A stretch of 64,000 nucleotides of DNA from Azolla caroliniana (Eukaryota > Plantae > Polypodiophyta): assembly GCA_043228905.1 (NCBI GenBank), contig JBHGNT010000006.1:3472001-3536000 (forward strand), read 5' to 3'. Of this stretch, positions 37,155 to 49,763 are shown piece after piece (the first letter of the stretch is position 1; each line of letters starts with the position of its first letter). Below the pieces are notes generated by a model. It did no database searches. It was given only the letters and a program-made list of their open reading frames with translations, and had not been told where the DNA came from. A program made the position numbers and the translations under genes.

Positions 37155-40100
37155 TTTTTTTTTTTCCAAAATGAAGCTACTTTCCCATTAGTTAGGAAGG
37201 ATTATTACATAGAGAGTCTACAAGGAGACTTATACACACATCGGGGAGTCTTCCTCCGATCAAGTAAAAGAAGATGAGCCTACTTACAATGCCTTGCGGC
37301 CTAACTTAATGTAAGAAGCTACCTATATCCAAGGCGATGCCCTTCAATGTTGCCTAGTACGAGTCGACTCTTGGGGCCTACAACGAAGAGAGGGTGGCAG
37401 GTGAGTAGGAAACAACCAACGTGGGGGCTGGTAGTTCCACCTCGAGCCACTCCCACCTTGCATCACCATAGGTGTGTTCCGCCATTTCTGCCAAAAGCGC
37501 AAACGGGCAGTGACCGCGTCGTTGGAGTGGCTGCAAACCTCTTCCAGTCGCCCTCGTAGGCAGCTGATAAGCGCGAACCATATGTCCATGATCACTTCCT
37601 CCGGGGGTCGTACCATACCTTGGAAAACCTTGAGGCAACGCGCTTTCCATATATACCACAAGGTGAAACCTGCGATCAACATACAGATTTCCGGAAACCT
37701 AGGGGATGCGGGTTGCAAGCCTCTTTCAAAATGGATCTTGACGATTTTGCCTCTCGTGCATACATAGCACCAACTATCTGCATTGACGACGTCCGTCCAC
37801 CCTTCAACCGAGTGATCAATCCATGCTGCAGCGCTCCACGAGGTTGTTCCTTCAACTTCACATGCCGCAAGGAGGCGAGTCACTCTATCCCATACCTTTT
37901 GAGCTTGAGGGCAATCCCACAAACAATGTCTCAGAGTCTCAATAGGTTGAGAGCACAATGGGCAACCTAATGGGCCGCCACGTTTATCTAGCCATTCGCC
38001 AACGGGCACCACATTATGACCGATTTGCCACCAAAAGAGCTTGATCTTTTCAGGAAGGTGGAGACGCCAGAGACCCTTCCAAAAGGTAATGAGCGCCTCA
38101 TCGGGGATGCCCAATGTTCACCAGCCATTGCGAAGGGGGCCGCCTAGCTGCAACTGCAAAGTCCGACCCAATTTAGTGGTGTAATCGAAGAAGTGGTGGA
38201 GTCTATCGTCATGTTTCCATCTGAAATCCCCTGGGTCCCAATCCAGATCCACAAGGGGGCGACAACCGTATACCCTTAACCTCCAATGGGGTTCCACCTT
38301 AGCAACATCTGGGTCTGTCTTCCAGATGTTATCAACCCGTGCCACCATTCGGATTGGGTGCCAAGAGCCCCTGCTCTGACTGTCCCCAAAAACTGTATCT
38401 CTCCCCGATCCGCTCACACCCGTTAGCGACTTGACCATTCCAACCTCGTCAAAGAAACCGAACCATGCATGTTCTCTCGCCTCCCCCATCGGAACCCTAT
38501 CAACTGCCTCAACTATCAGTTTCCACATTTTCGTAGCTCACAACCATGCGTCTCCAACCGTCTATAGATAGGAGACCTGTTTGTGCCAGCTTTCCCCATG
38601 CTAGGCCCTTAAGTTGCCCTAGCATCGTGTCGTCACTTGTTCGCACGTGAGGATTCCAAAATAGTGGTTGTCTAGTCCATTCGGTCAATGTCTCCGGGGT
38701 GTGCTTGACCAAATGTTGTCGTAGATGGCACCATGCCCGCAAGATGGAGTTCGCGACCCTATCCTCCGGATGGCAAGCCAGCTTGGGTGGGACTCCGCTC
38801 GTGCAACACCAATTCAAGGAGTCGGGCCAAGGCCTACCATACTTGGGAGTCCCTGCTTGCAACCTGTTGCGAAGTAGTACCTTCCATCACCCCTTACTTG
38901 GCAAGAGGCAACGAACCACCATTTTAGTCAGCAATGCACGACTCTGCATTAAGGGGTCTATGAGGCCAAGCCCCCCTTTGGCCTACGGTTGCGTTAACCA
39001 ACACCATGACACTCTGGTGGCAACCCTTGGGTTGTCCTTACCTGACCATATAAACCCCCTGATGGCAGCCTTAATCGCGTGCAAACCTATAGGGTCCATA
39101 ATGATCCAGCATGAGATTGAGTGCCACATGGTAGCAAGCAGCACTTGGTTCGCCACAAGGACCCTACTAGCGAAGGATAATTTAGATCTACTCCATTGGT
39201 TCAACTTCCTATTTATTTTGGCTTGTACGTGGGCCAATTGCGCTCCCTTGGGGATTGACCTCCCCATCGTAAATCCAAGGTACTTGAACATCGTCCCATC
39301 AGGGACCCACATAAAATCGGCATGGGGTTGCCATCTTGGTTTCTCTTGTTCGCTGAACCATAGGCCTTGGGTTTTACAAAAGATTGTGGATTGGAACCGG
39401 GGCCAATTGATCTTGGCACCAGCCGCCTGACAAAAGTCCTTGACAAGGTGTTCAGCCCGTTGCAAATTCTCCTCATCACCTTGCAAGAAAAGAACCGTAT
39501 TGTCGGCATATTCAGATAACAACAAATCTTCAATCGCATTGGGAATGGGCAATCCCCGCAGCCCACTGGTTGGTGCTTGTAAGTAGGCGGAGAAAGCCTC
39601 GGTTACAAAGAGATAGAGATATGGGGCTTGGGGACAACCTTGCCTCACTGAGCGTTGTAGTTGGAAGGCGGGTCCCCTAGAACCAGCCATCAACACGCTA
39701 CTCGTAGCTGTCCGATAGAGTGCAAAAGTGTAATTCCTCCATTTTTGAGGTAGGCCCAAAGCTCTCATCACATTTTCCAAAAAGGGCCATAGCACCCTAT
39801 CGTAGACCTTCTCGAAGTCTAACATCAGAATAGTCGAGCTCGATACGGAGCGACCGACCAATGCCATAGCTTCCCAAAGAAGCAACACATTATCAAAGAT
39901 ACACCTGTTCTTGACAAATCCAGTTTGATTGTCATGGATGATGTCCGGTAAGAAGCTTGCTAACCGCCGAGCTAGGACTTTAGCGAGTATCTTGTATGCC
40001 GTGTTAAGGATCGTGATTGGACGCCACTGGCGCAACTCTAGGCTTCGCTCTGACGCTTTGGGGATGAGATATAACATCCCCTCAACCAGACCAATCGACA

Positions 40101-42174
40101 TCTTTCCTGAGGACCAAATCTCTTGAACTCCGGCCTCCAAAGACGGGATAACACATTCCTAATGAATCTCGAAGAAATCTCGTGAGAGACCATCGGGGCC
40201 GGGGCATGCACCCCTTCGCAATCCCCTAAGCGCCTCTGAGAGTTCTAAACAAGAGATGGGGCTATCGAGCACAACTTCCATCGCTTGGGTTACCTTGGGG
40301 TGAATGCAAGACATCACTCGATTAGTCAGCTCCGTGTTTTGCCTCACACGCATAGGTGCGAGGAGGTCACGATAGTATTGTGTTGCCATTTCCAGAATCT
40401 CAGTCTTGTCCTCTGTTATTGAGCCGTCTGGTTTGCGCAACCCTTGTATACGTCCACCACCACCCTTGGGTGCCTTGTAGTGAAAGAAATGTCGGTTGAC
40501 CTTGTTGTCTTTTCTAGCCCACCATGCTGCGTTTCTTCGAAACAACATTCGGTTCTTCTCCCAAGTCCTTTCTTGTACCTTCATCTTTGCTTCCTCCAGC
40601 TTAGCTCTAGACCAATTGCAACCAGGGTCTACCTGTAGCAGCCGTTGCACTGCCGCAACGGCCTTCCTTAATATTGTTTCAATGGCTCTAACCTGTTGGA
40701 GGGTGCGCTTGGTCTCCTGTTGTAAAAAGGAGGAGAGGGCCAATTTTTTCTGCAAATCTTCGCTAGCTGATTCACTGCCCATGGTGTCCTGCCATATACT
40801 CTGTAAACCGGCCTTCACCTCTTCACTCTTCATGATCTTTGTGGGGATCTTCACATTGAGACTGCCCTTGCTATCGTTGGGTGGGTTAAGGTCTAGTCTC
40901 ACCGGCTGATGATCTAAAAAGGTAAGACCTGCCAAGATAGCAAAGGAGCCCCCAATCTCTTCGAGGGATGAGCTTATGTATATGCGATCTAGCCGTGCAA
41001 GACTACCGCCCCTAGCATTCCCGGCAGCTCCGGAAAAGTGCAACGAATGTGAGCTTCTCCTAAGGGAAGAGCCCCATGTATCCTTCACCCCGATTTTGCC
41101 AATTAGGAAAGCCCATGAATCTAGCTCCGCACCATAAATATGCCTCTGGGTCCCTCCTTTCCTATCTCCCAGGTGTTCAGTCATGTAGAAATCACCTGCC
41201 ATTACCCAAGCCTCGACATCAGGTAATGTTGTCGCTAACATCCTCCAAAAGATTGCTCTCTCGGGGGTTGAGTTAGGGGCCTAAATGTTTAGCACCCCAA
41301 TCTGTAGGCGATTCCATTTCAGAAGCACGTATAAGGCCCGACCCTCCACTAGCGTGTCAGATGATGTTACTTCGTATCGGGCCTTATCGTTGATCGAGAT
41401 GCAGACCCCTCCTCTTCGGTGGAGGTCACCCTGCGCAGCCGGCCACCATGTGGTCCACCCACCCGACAAGAGGTTTACTAAGCTCTAAGTTCGCTCTTGT
41501 GAGAGGTGGTGTTCCTGCAAAAGCAATATGTCAATATGGCCCCCTATATTAAGGGGATTCAACTCCTCCTGAAGTCTTCTACACTCTTGGTGTTGTCGGC
41601 CTCCACCAAGGCCCTGTACATTCCACGTTAGGATCCTCATCCGAAAACGGTGACGTTGACGCCCATGTTCAGGCCAATCCCCATGTTATGGGGCAAACTA
41701 ACACCTGTTTCAGAGGGTATGGTCTCCACAGCAGGCTGCAAATCCCCTACGGGATTCTCAGCCGGTCGTTCCCGACCCGCTTCAAATAGATCCCACGATA
41801 CATTTGTGCTCCGAAGCAGTGGCACATCTTGCATCCCTCTATCTAAGAGAGTCGTCGCCAAACCAGGTGTTGGGTTGCCTATCTTACCCTTTCCTTTGTC
41901 CTTGAGCTTGCCCGTCCGGATCCACGATTTCACTAATCTGAGGCCACTACCACATTCACGTTCCAATAGGAGGGGGGCCTTTGCCAACTTCTCTTCCGGG
42001 GTGGATAGTACAAGTTGGGGTTGCATCTCCATCGGGGTAGAGAACACGAGTTCAAGCTCTCGTGGGGGAAGGCATGAGGAGTTGCATGGGGACAACATTG
42101 CTGCCAACGCTTCTGGGTCGCCATCCCCTAACCCTTGAAGAAGTGTAAATCTGTTGGTAGCCTCATACTTCAGT
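37155..42174 (-). mobile_element. L1/Tx1-type LINE, truncated in ORF1, with disrupted ORF2 (APE endonuclease, RT, zf-RVT)
   Basis: Poly(A) at 37155-37165; 8-bp TSD TCGTGATA at 37147-37154 and 42175-42182. ORF2 begins at 41640 (MRILTWNVQGLG...LLQEHH...AGDF...ARLDRIY..DHQPV). RT motifs: WRPITILNTAYKILAK, QTGFV, LDFEK, SVRQGCP, EYADN, FKYLG. zf-RVT: CPLC..ETLRHCLWDC. Several stops and frameshifts. Confidence 0.96.
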
Positions 42175-43017
42175 TCGTGATAGTCTTTTTTACAATTGAC
42201 TTTAGATCAACACAAAACACATATCATGTTGGTCCATTTTCATAATCAGATGATATGAGGTTCATAAAAAACAATAAGAAACATACTTCACAATTGAAAA
42301 TACCATTGAGGAAATAAATACCATGTTGTTTAATTTCAAGAAATGAGGTTCCTACTACAAATTTGTTCACAAATTCTTGTTTAACCTATAAGAAACACAA
42401 AACCTATTGTCCATGAACAAGAACTTTGAAACATCCAACAAAAAATTAGAGCAAGGTTTAAAGACATAACTATTTACGCTTGAACATGGATATGAAAGAA
42501 AACTCATTACCTTGCTCCATTTTCATGCAAGGGGTGATGTGAGGTTTGTCGACAATAATACAAACTACAACTACATAATCCATGAGAACATATTGGAACA
42601 AGATGTTGTTGTTCACATTAGACAAAATCAAAACATGAGAAGCTAAAGCACAATGTGGAAGCATTGCCTTTTAAACATCCTTGTCGATTGGCAATTCTAT
42701 TTATTTAACAAGTGTAGTTTAGTATTTGATTCGACGAGCTTGGTATTTGCACTATTGAGTTCACGTGTATAACTCTTGAGAAATGGGTGGCCATTATGAA
42801 ATTTATTTATGTTATGAATTTGAGATCATAGTTTGGTCCTAACAACATGGCTTTACAATATACTTATTAAAACCCAAGGGTTGTGAACATTCCCTCGAGG
42901 AAATGAATCATACAAATTACCATATTAGTTGATTTTCAAGTGAAGTTTCTAAACAATTGCACCAACAATCCAACATTGTTTTGGAATGGCGAGGTATAGA
43001 ATCATTTTGTTTAGGTT

Positions 43018-43021
<4 letters not shown>

Positions 43022-43063
<42 letters not shown>
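43022..43063. repeat. (GA)n microsatellite
   Basis: About 20 GA units. Confidence 0.97.
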
Positions 43064-43067
<4 letters not shown>

Positions 43068-45576
43068 ACCTAGACAATGGGTGTTTCCACAATTTATACA
43101 GGTTAACCCAAAATCAAAGATGGAGATTGTTTTCTTATTTCTAAGATATTGGGGATTGCGTCATAATTGGAACATGCACAACGCTTTTGTATTCGACGGT
43201 AGACATGGAGAGAAAGCATATCTACGAATGTTGAAGGAAGTAATAATGTGGCAATTTTCTTTATTGGAGCAAGTGGAAATTCTTTCCTCAATGGAGTGTT
43301 TGTCTTGCCTCTTGGCAATTCAACATGTTCCACTACTCATATAGTGTAGTTAGTGGGTAACCATACTCCATTGTCACACCCATTATAAGTAGTGTTTTTC
43401 ATACACATTTATTAATATAATTGTGTCTTTTCACCAAAGAGAGAGGGAAAGGGAGAGAGGTATTATTATTGTCTTTAGAGGTAAACATACATTGGCATTG
43501 AAAAAAAAAACACATTCATGAAGAAATCTATTGACTCGTCATGAAGAAAATGTGATGAATCCTATTTCAAACCATTTTTTCAAATGCTTGCTTTTTGCGT
43601 GTCTTTTGAACCATTTTACTTGCATCCCAAGGATGACGAGGATTATCACCATTAGAGGGTTAAATATTAGATAAGCACAAGCTTAATTAAAGTCCTGTTA
43701 CGAACGAAGGTCGAGTGATGCCCCACTTCCAAGTTATTTCGAAGTATTCAAGATATTGACAACAATGGTTCTATTGGAGAAGGTGAAATGCCTTTTTTGT
43801 CAAATTTCACAATCATGGGGTGAAGAAACGTAAGTTAGCGCGCGTAAAAGGGTTTTTTTTTGGCGATTTTCATTGTTAGGATAAGTCAAGGGAATCGATG
43901 ATGACATGGAGCAACAATTATCCAAGTAGAACAAGGGGGGAGGGGGGTAAATGTTGCTTGGGTCATATGAGTGTGTGTGTGTAGGATATAGGAGCAAGTG
44001 GTCAATATCATATTCAAGGCAAACACAACGATCATCGGAAGTTAGACATGGTGGTGTGAAACTGAGAGAGAATTAGATTCCAAGCCAATGAGAAAGAAAG
44101 AAGAAAGAAAGATATATTATAATGTCTTCTAATGCCAATTTTGGTCCATGAGACAATTGGCTCACAACAAAATGGGGTGAATACCCAATCATCGAAAATA
44201 AAAATAAAAATAGCATATAGATAAAAGAGTTATAGTATTGTACAAAAGGTGTTATGGCGTACGTAACACATTCTATAAAGGAAATGGCTACGTGTTAGGT
44301 CTAGTTTCATTTTCATCCAAGTCTCTCAAAAAGGAGCGGGATGTCAAAGGGTTTCGATGTCGTGTGGCTTGTGGTCCCAATGTAAAGGGTACCCCAACCA
44401 TAGCTTCTAGGCAGTATAACTCGCGTTCTCTTATCTTCTTAATTGCTTCTACAGAACAAGTGACTTTAAGGCCCAACATCAGAGGGTGTTTGGTTGTTCT
44501 TTGGTTTTTTGCTTTAGCGAGGGAGAGGCCAAGTGGCACAGGTATGTACAAGCTCATCACCCTCTCATGTCCCTGAAAAAAGTAATTGGTTACATGTTGG
44601 TGAGTATTATAAAGGTAATGGTTTGCATTTTGTAGTGTATTTACTCTATGTTGTTTTAGCTCTAAGACATCTACCTAATGTCTTTATTATATATGGGGTA
44701 TCTAATAGTTTGGAGAGGGTGGAAGAGGGTCATAGTATGTCTTGGTATTTTTCCCTTATATCGATGTAAGTTGGACACTTGCATGTAAAGTAATACTCAT
44801 CTTCTACATATTTGTCACATGATCTACACATCCTTTCCTCTGTAGGGACTCCATTAGCACGACCATTCTCAATCTCAAGTTGGTGAGACGATACTCAAAG
44901 TTGTCTAATGGCAACCCTTAGTGCATTTGGTAAGAACATATCTAGCTATTTTGGTCATATAATAACACCTAACTTAGGCATGATGCGTTCCTTATAGTAT
45001 AACATTTTAGATGGGAGTGGCTCTAGAGGGTTGATCCATATATGCATAGTGTATAATTTGCCATATTTCTTGGTGTATTACTTTATTATTGTCCTCATGA
45101 AAGAGATAGATAGATCAAATAGATTATATTATCGTCTTCGGAGGTCAAATATAACCTATGAGACCAAAAAATGTTACATTTTCATGTGATACGTGTAAAA
45201 GTGAGTAGTGACACTCGATGCTCAAGAACTTTACCAATGAATGTTGCAATCGAGAGTGCACATCGAGCTCGTGAGATAAATTTTGTGCAAGGATTGGGTT
45301 CGGTCAAAGATGTGTGGAAGCATGGTCGAACACGATGAAAGGCAGAGAGAGCATCGTATCGAAGCGTGATACTCAAAACTCCCAAACTTGTTTCGAGGTC
45401 GACATCGAGAGGATTTTGGGGAGGAGCACAAGGGGGGGGGGGGTGTCGCAGGGTGGCAGTCGCAAGCAAAGGAGCAGGAGCATGAGCACGAGATGATCTG
45501 ATGAGCCCATATAAAAAGCAACAAAAAGCAGACAAAAAAGCACTTCTTCCTTCCTTCCTTCCTGCTTGGCACCTGC

Positions 45577-45955
45577 TAGCAATGGGCACGGTTTCAGCTT
45601 GAACTGAATCGAACCGTTAAGCCATGGCTTAACGGTTTATTGGTTCAAAGATAAATAAACCGTTTGGTTTGGTCTTATTATGATCCAGTTTGGTTTCAGT
45701 TCGGTTCGGCTTTGAATTTCATGGTTTAGCGGTTTCAACTTATGTGGTTTGGTGTAAAGGTTTAAAAGTTTATAGGTTTGGTTTGGTTTTGATTTATGAT
45801 AAACTGATTTGGTTTGGTTCTAATTTTTTCATAAACGGTTTGGTTTAAATGACTTCATAAAATTTAAACAGTTTGGTTTGGTATTTAATATAAATAAATG
45901 GTTTGGTTTGGTTTCAAGGCCAAGAAACCGAACCGAACCGAACCGAAACCGAACC
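45577..45955. mobile_element. hAT-MITE-like remnant (family of 25148-25747) just upstream of NDUFA5
   Basis: Starts tagcaatgggcacggtttcagcttgaactgaat, versus tagcaatcagctacggtttgaactgaat in the IVD copy. Dense GGTTT/AACCG repeats. Right TIR and TSD not found. Confidence 0.7.
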
Positions 45956-46122
45956 TTCCTTCCTTCATCGTTTTCACACTTGGAGTTACTAGTAGTGTTG
46001 TTACAGTGTATGAGCCCCTCCCTCCCTCCTTTGTCTCTCTCCTGCCACAGAGGAAGAGGAAGAAGAAGAAGAAGAAGAAGAAGAAGAAGAAGAGAGCTCT
46101 GTTTCTCTCCTCCTCTGCAACC

Positions 46123-49100
46123 ATGTTCCTTCGGAGATTCGCAGGGCCCCTGCTCGGCAAGGTCAAGGAAACCACCGGCCTCGTCGGGCTTGATGTCGTC
46201 CCCAACGCCCGCGAGGTTCTGATCTCCCTCTACAACGACACCCTCAAAGCCGTGGAAACCATTCCCTCCACCGCCGAGTATCGGAAGGCCGTCGAGCAGT
46301 TCACCAAATTCAGACTCCAGGTCTGTGAAGAAGAGAAGGATTGGGAGAAGATCGAAGAGAGGATCAATGGTGGCCAGGTCGAAGAACTCATTGTTATGGC
46401 TAAAGATGAGCTTATGCTCATCGACAAGATGAAAGGTTAGTTCAACATTCATACCTTGTGGTTCCTTTTGAATTTTCCTCTTGTTATTCTTCAGTTTTCG
46501 GAACATGTATCTCGTGCGTGTGTGGAAACTAGCAGCATTTTATGAGTATATACTCGAAGAATCTTTGTGTATGTATTTATACCAATGGCTCTTTTGAATT
46601 ATATGCCACCTGTTCTACTCCAACATCCTCGAGATCTGGAAACAAATGAAAAGAACCTGTTTTTCTGTATCTACAGTAACAGTTGAACTTGTCTGTATGG
46701 TGTACATGCTATAGATGCATATGAGCGTAACCAGTTTGTATGTATGATATACATGTCGTAGATGCATACAATAAGAACCTTTTTCTATGAATCTACATAT
46801 GAGAAGAACTTTTATATCTGTATCTATATTACCAAAAGAATTTGCATGTATGATGTACATGTTTTAATTTTTCTGTAATCATAAGTATCCATACTTTAAT
46901 TTTAGAATGAAATCTGTTTGGCTTGGATAATTGATTTTCGTTATGTCTTGCTCATTTCAAGTCTATGTAATCTATTATCTAATTTTGACTTTAATTTGAT
47001 CTGTAGTCTATTTCTTTTTTTTTTTTCTGTAATTTTAAAGGTCTACCTTTTTTTTTAGTTTAAATTTTTTCTGATCTTGGAAAATGGATTTTCATTATAA
47101 TTTATGTCTTACATGTTTCAATACTATGTGGTCTACTTTTGTATTATATTACTCATTCTGTAGCTATAAAATCAGTTTTTTTGTTTTAGCTAAAACCTAA
47201 ATAATGCTCATTATGTTGTACCTGTCCTGAGTCTGCATGGCCCACTCTTCTTCTCTCTCCCTATGCGTTTGCTGTATCTGTTTGCGTGCATGCATCTATC
47301 TTGGCAAGTGTAGAGAGCTGATGCTTGATCCTTCGCCTTGAGAGATTTAGAAGGATATTAGTGACCCATTTGTTTGAAGTCAAAGGGAACTGTCCTTGCT
47401 GAGATAGAGATGGAGGCTTATACATGTATGCTCGTTGAAAATGATGTTAGGACTGGTTATTATGTGTATATGCTCTCATTAATTTTTACCTTCTCTTACT
47501 AGAGTTGCCCCTAGGAATTTTTCATTTTCACAAATGTTTGCCTCTCATTACATAGTTTATTTGGTGATCATGTTTTGCATGAGGATTATTAATATAACCA
47601 ATGTACCTAAGTTTTTGCAATGATGAAAATATTAAAGGGTGAATTCATCATTATCATGGAAAATGAATGACCAAATTTCAAAATTCTTTCTACTAGTTGC
47701 ACAAACTGATAAAAGAGAAGCGATAAAGAGTCTTGTCTACATTTAGCAATTAATTTGCAAACTTTAAAAACAAAGGGAAATAAATGGATATTAGGATCTT
47801 AGAGACAAATTTATATTCTAGTATAGTTTTTTTCCTTTAATGCAGCACAATTGCCATTTGTGGCAACTGAGTATGGTGGAGGGAGATGAACTCCTGATCT
47901 GTTTGTACAATAGAAGGGCCTCAACCACTAGACCATCCTGTTAGAATCACTGTGTCCTAATGATTAATTGATAGAAAACATGCAGAAGGCTAGAGCCTTA
48001 CCTTCCATCCAACCATAAATCCCTTGAGCTGAGGCCAATGATCGACTAGGGATGCGGGAAGTATTTTGCAAATGGACCAAAATGGCTACGCCAAATTGCC
48101 ATTAGAGGAGATTTAAGCAAGATAACTGGGATAGGGAGCAGCAAAATGGGCGATACACTATCGTCGATTGTTTACTAAAGATTCAGGTGATTTTTAATTT
48201 TTGTACTACAGAGGGGTATTAAGGTAGAATTTTGAAACTTAAGGGATTCTACTTAACACCCAACAAGTTGGGTGTGTTGTGGTATTTTGCCTTAAATATT
48301 GTAATGATATTGTGGTGTGCATGTGTTCCTTTGTGCCACCCTTTTAGCTCACCCTTTTTAGGATGCGTGTGCCCAAAATGACCCACCCTTTTAGCACACC
48401 CTTTTTAGCCAAGCGAACCCAAATGGGTTCCGTTGTATCAACTATAAATTGATTAAGAAGTAAGAAGCTAAGTGGACTGGTTTTGACCTCTTATGTGCAT
48501 TTCACATATTGGTGGAGATGACGGGGTACCAGTCCCCCACATCCAAGCATCCGCCTCTTCCGCTTCGTAGGTAGCATCGCCCTCACCACCATCACCGACA
48601 CTCTTGTTAGTCTCTTGTAGTAGTATCTCTTCTATTAGCACCGCCTTAGTTCACTAGTTAGGCCTCCTGATATCCACCGCTTCATCATCAACATCGCTTC
48701 ATTGTCTCTATTTTTTAGTTTCTTTCGTGTTCGTGTTCTAGTTCCTGGTGAGGGCCGCATGGTCGCTCATGCCCGTTCGTGTTCGAGTTCTCGATGAGGG
48801 CCGCACATGGCCGCTCACTCCCGTTCGTGTTCCTGTTCCCAGTGAGGGCCGCATGGTCGCTCACTCCCGTTTGTGTTCCAGTCTCCGGTGAGGACCGCAC
48901 ATGGCCGCTCACTCCAACTATTGTTCGTGTTCCAGATCCTGGTGAGGACCGACATGGTCGCTCATGCCCGTTGTTGTTCATGTTCCAGTTCCCGGTGAGG
49001 GCCACATGGTCACTCACTCGTTCGTGTTCCAATTCTCGGTGAGGACAACATGGTTGCTCACGCCCGTTGGTGTTCGTGTTCCAACTCTCAGCAAGGACCG

Positions 49101-49763
49101 TTCCAGTTCCCGGCAAGGACCACACATGGTCACTCATGCCCCTCAATCTCTTGTTTCTCGCAAGGGGGAAATGTGGTGTGCATGTGTTCCTTTGTGCCAC
49201 CCTTTTAGCTCACCCTTTTTAGGATGCGTGTGCCCAAAATGACCCACCCTTTTAGCACACCCTTTTTAGCCAACCCAACCCAACCCAAATGGGTTCCGTT
49301 GTATCAACTATAAATTGATTAAGAAGTAAGAAGCTAAGTAGACTGTTCTTATGTGCATTTCACAATATGTGTGTGCATTTAAAACCACCCAAAATTTTCT
49401 TGTTGGGTCTTCATTATTTTCCTCTTTTGGTATCATGGTTATTTTGTGCTTGTCAATCGATCTGTCTATCAATTGAAGGGCAAGTATATTTATAGGTATA
49501 GTTGTAGTTGTAGCTAAAGATACATGATGAATCTGATGATATGAATATGTATGACCAGGGGGACCAACGATCATTTTCTAAAGCAGCTATTCTTTGTATA
49601 TGCAGAGTGGAAACCGTGGGAAGTTCCTGAAGGTCACAAGATTGAGATTGAAATTGATGATGCTCCCGTGCCATCACATGTACCCCGGCATCCTCTTCTT
49701 TTCACAGCAGAACCATACGTGCCTCCACAAGTTGAAGCTGAGGCTGAGAAACCAAAAGCTTGA
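46123..49763 (+). CDS. NDUFA5: NADH dehydrogenase (ubiquinone) 1 alpha subcomplex subunit 5 / B13 (156 aa, 2 exons)
   Basis: Exons 46123-46435 and 49606-49763 (phase 1, GT-AG): MFLRRFAGPLLGKVKETTGLVGLDVVPNAREVLISLY...YRKAVEQFT..RLQVCEEEKDWEKIEERINGGQVEELIVMAKDELMLIDKMK|EWKPWEVP... Confidence 0.95.
48311..49364 (+). mobile_element. Non-autonomous LTR retroelement (TRIM) in the NDUFA5 intron
   Basis: LTRs at 48311-48506 and 49172-49364 (TG...CA, first ~100 bp identical). PBS tggtggagatgacggggta at 48510-48528 matches the tRNA-Ala 3' end. PPT aagggggaaa lies before the 3' LTR. Flanks share ATAT (4-bp TSD). No gag/pol coding sequence. Confidence 0.92.
48725..49140 (+). repeat. Array of ~8 palindromic units (~46-54 bp period) inside the TRIM
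   Basis: Core GTGAG-G(G/A)CC-(gcat/gcacat/acat)-GG(T/C)C-G-CTCAC at 48748, 48794, 48842, 48888, 48942, 48995, 49039 and 49113 (last two degenerate), separated by ccgtt(cgtgtt)1-2ccagttcc linkers. Confidence 0.93.

Noticed and set aside
48725-49140. CRISPR array or hammerhead retrozyme
   Set aside because: The linkers are themselves repetitive rather than unique spacers, there are no cas genes and the context is eukaryotic. The CUGAUGA...GAAA hammerhead core is incomplete (no GAAA after the stem) and absent from the LTRs.
48715-49242. ORFs of 161, 87 and 92 aa in the TRIM
   Set aside because: They are by-products of a GC-rich repeat and have no gag or pol motifs.
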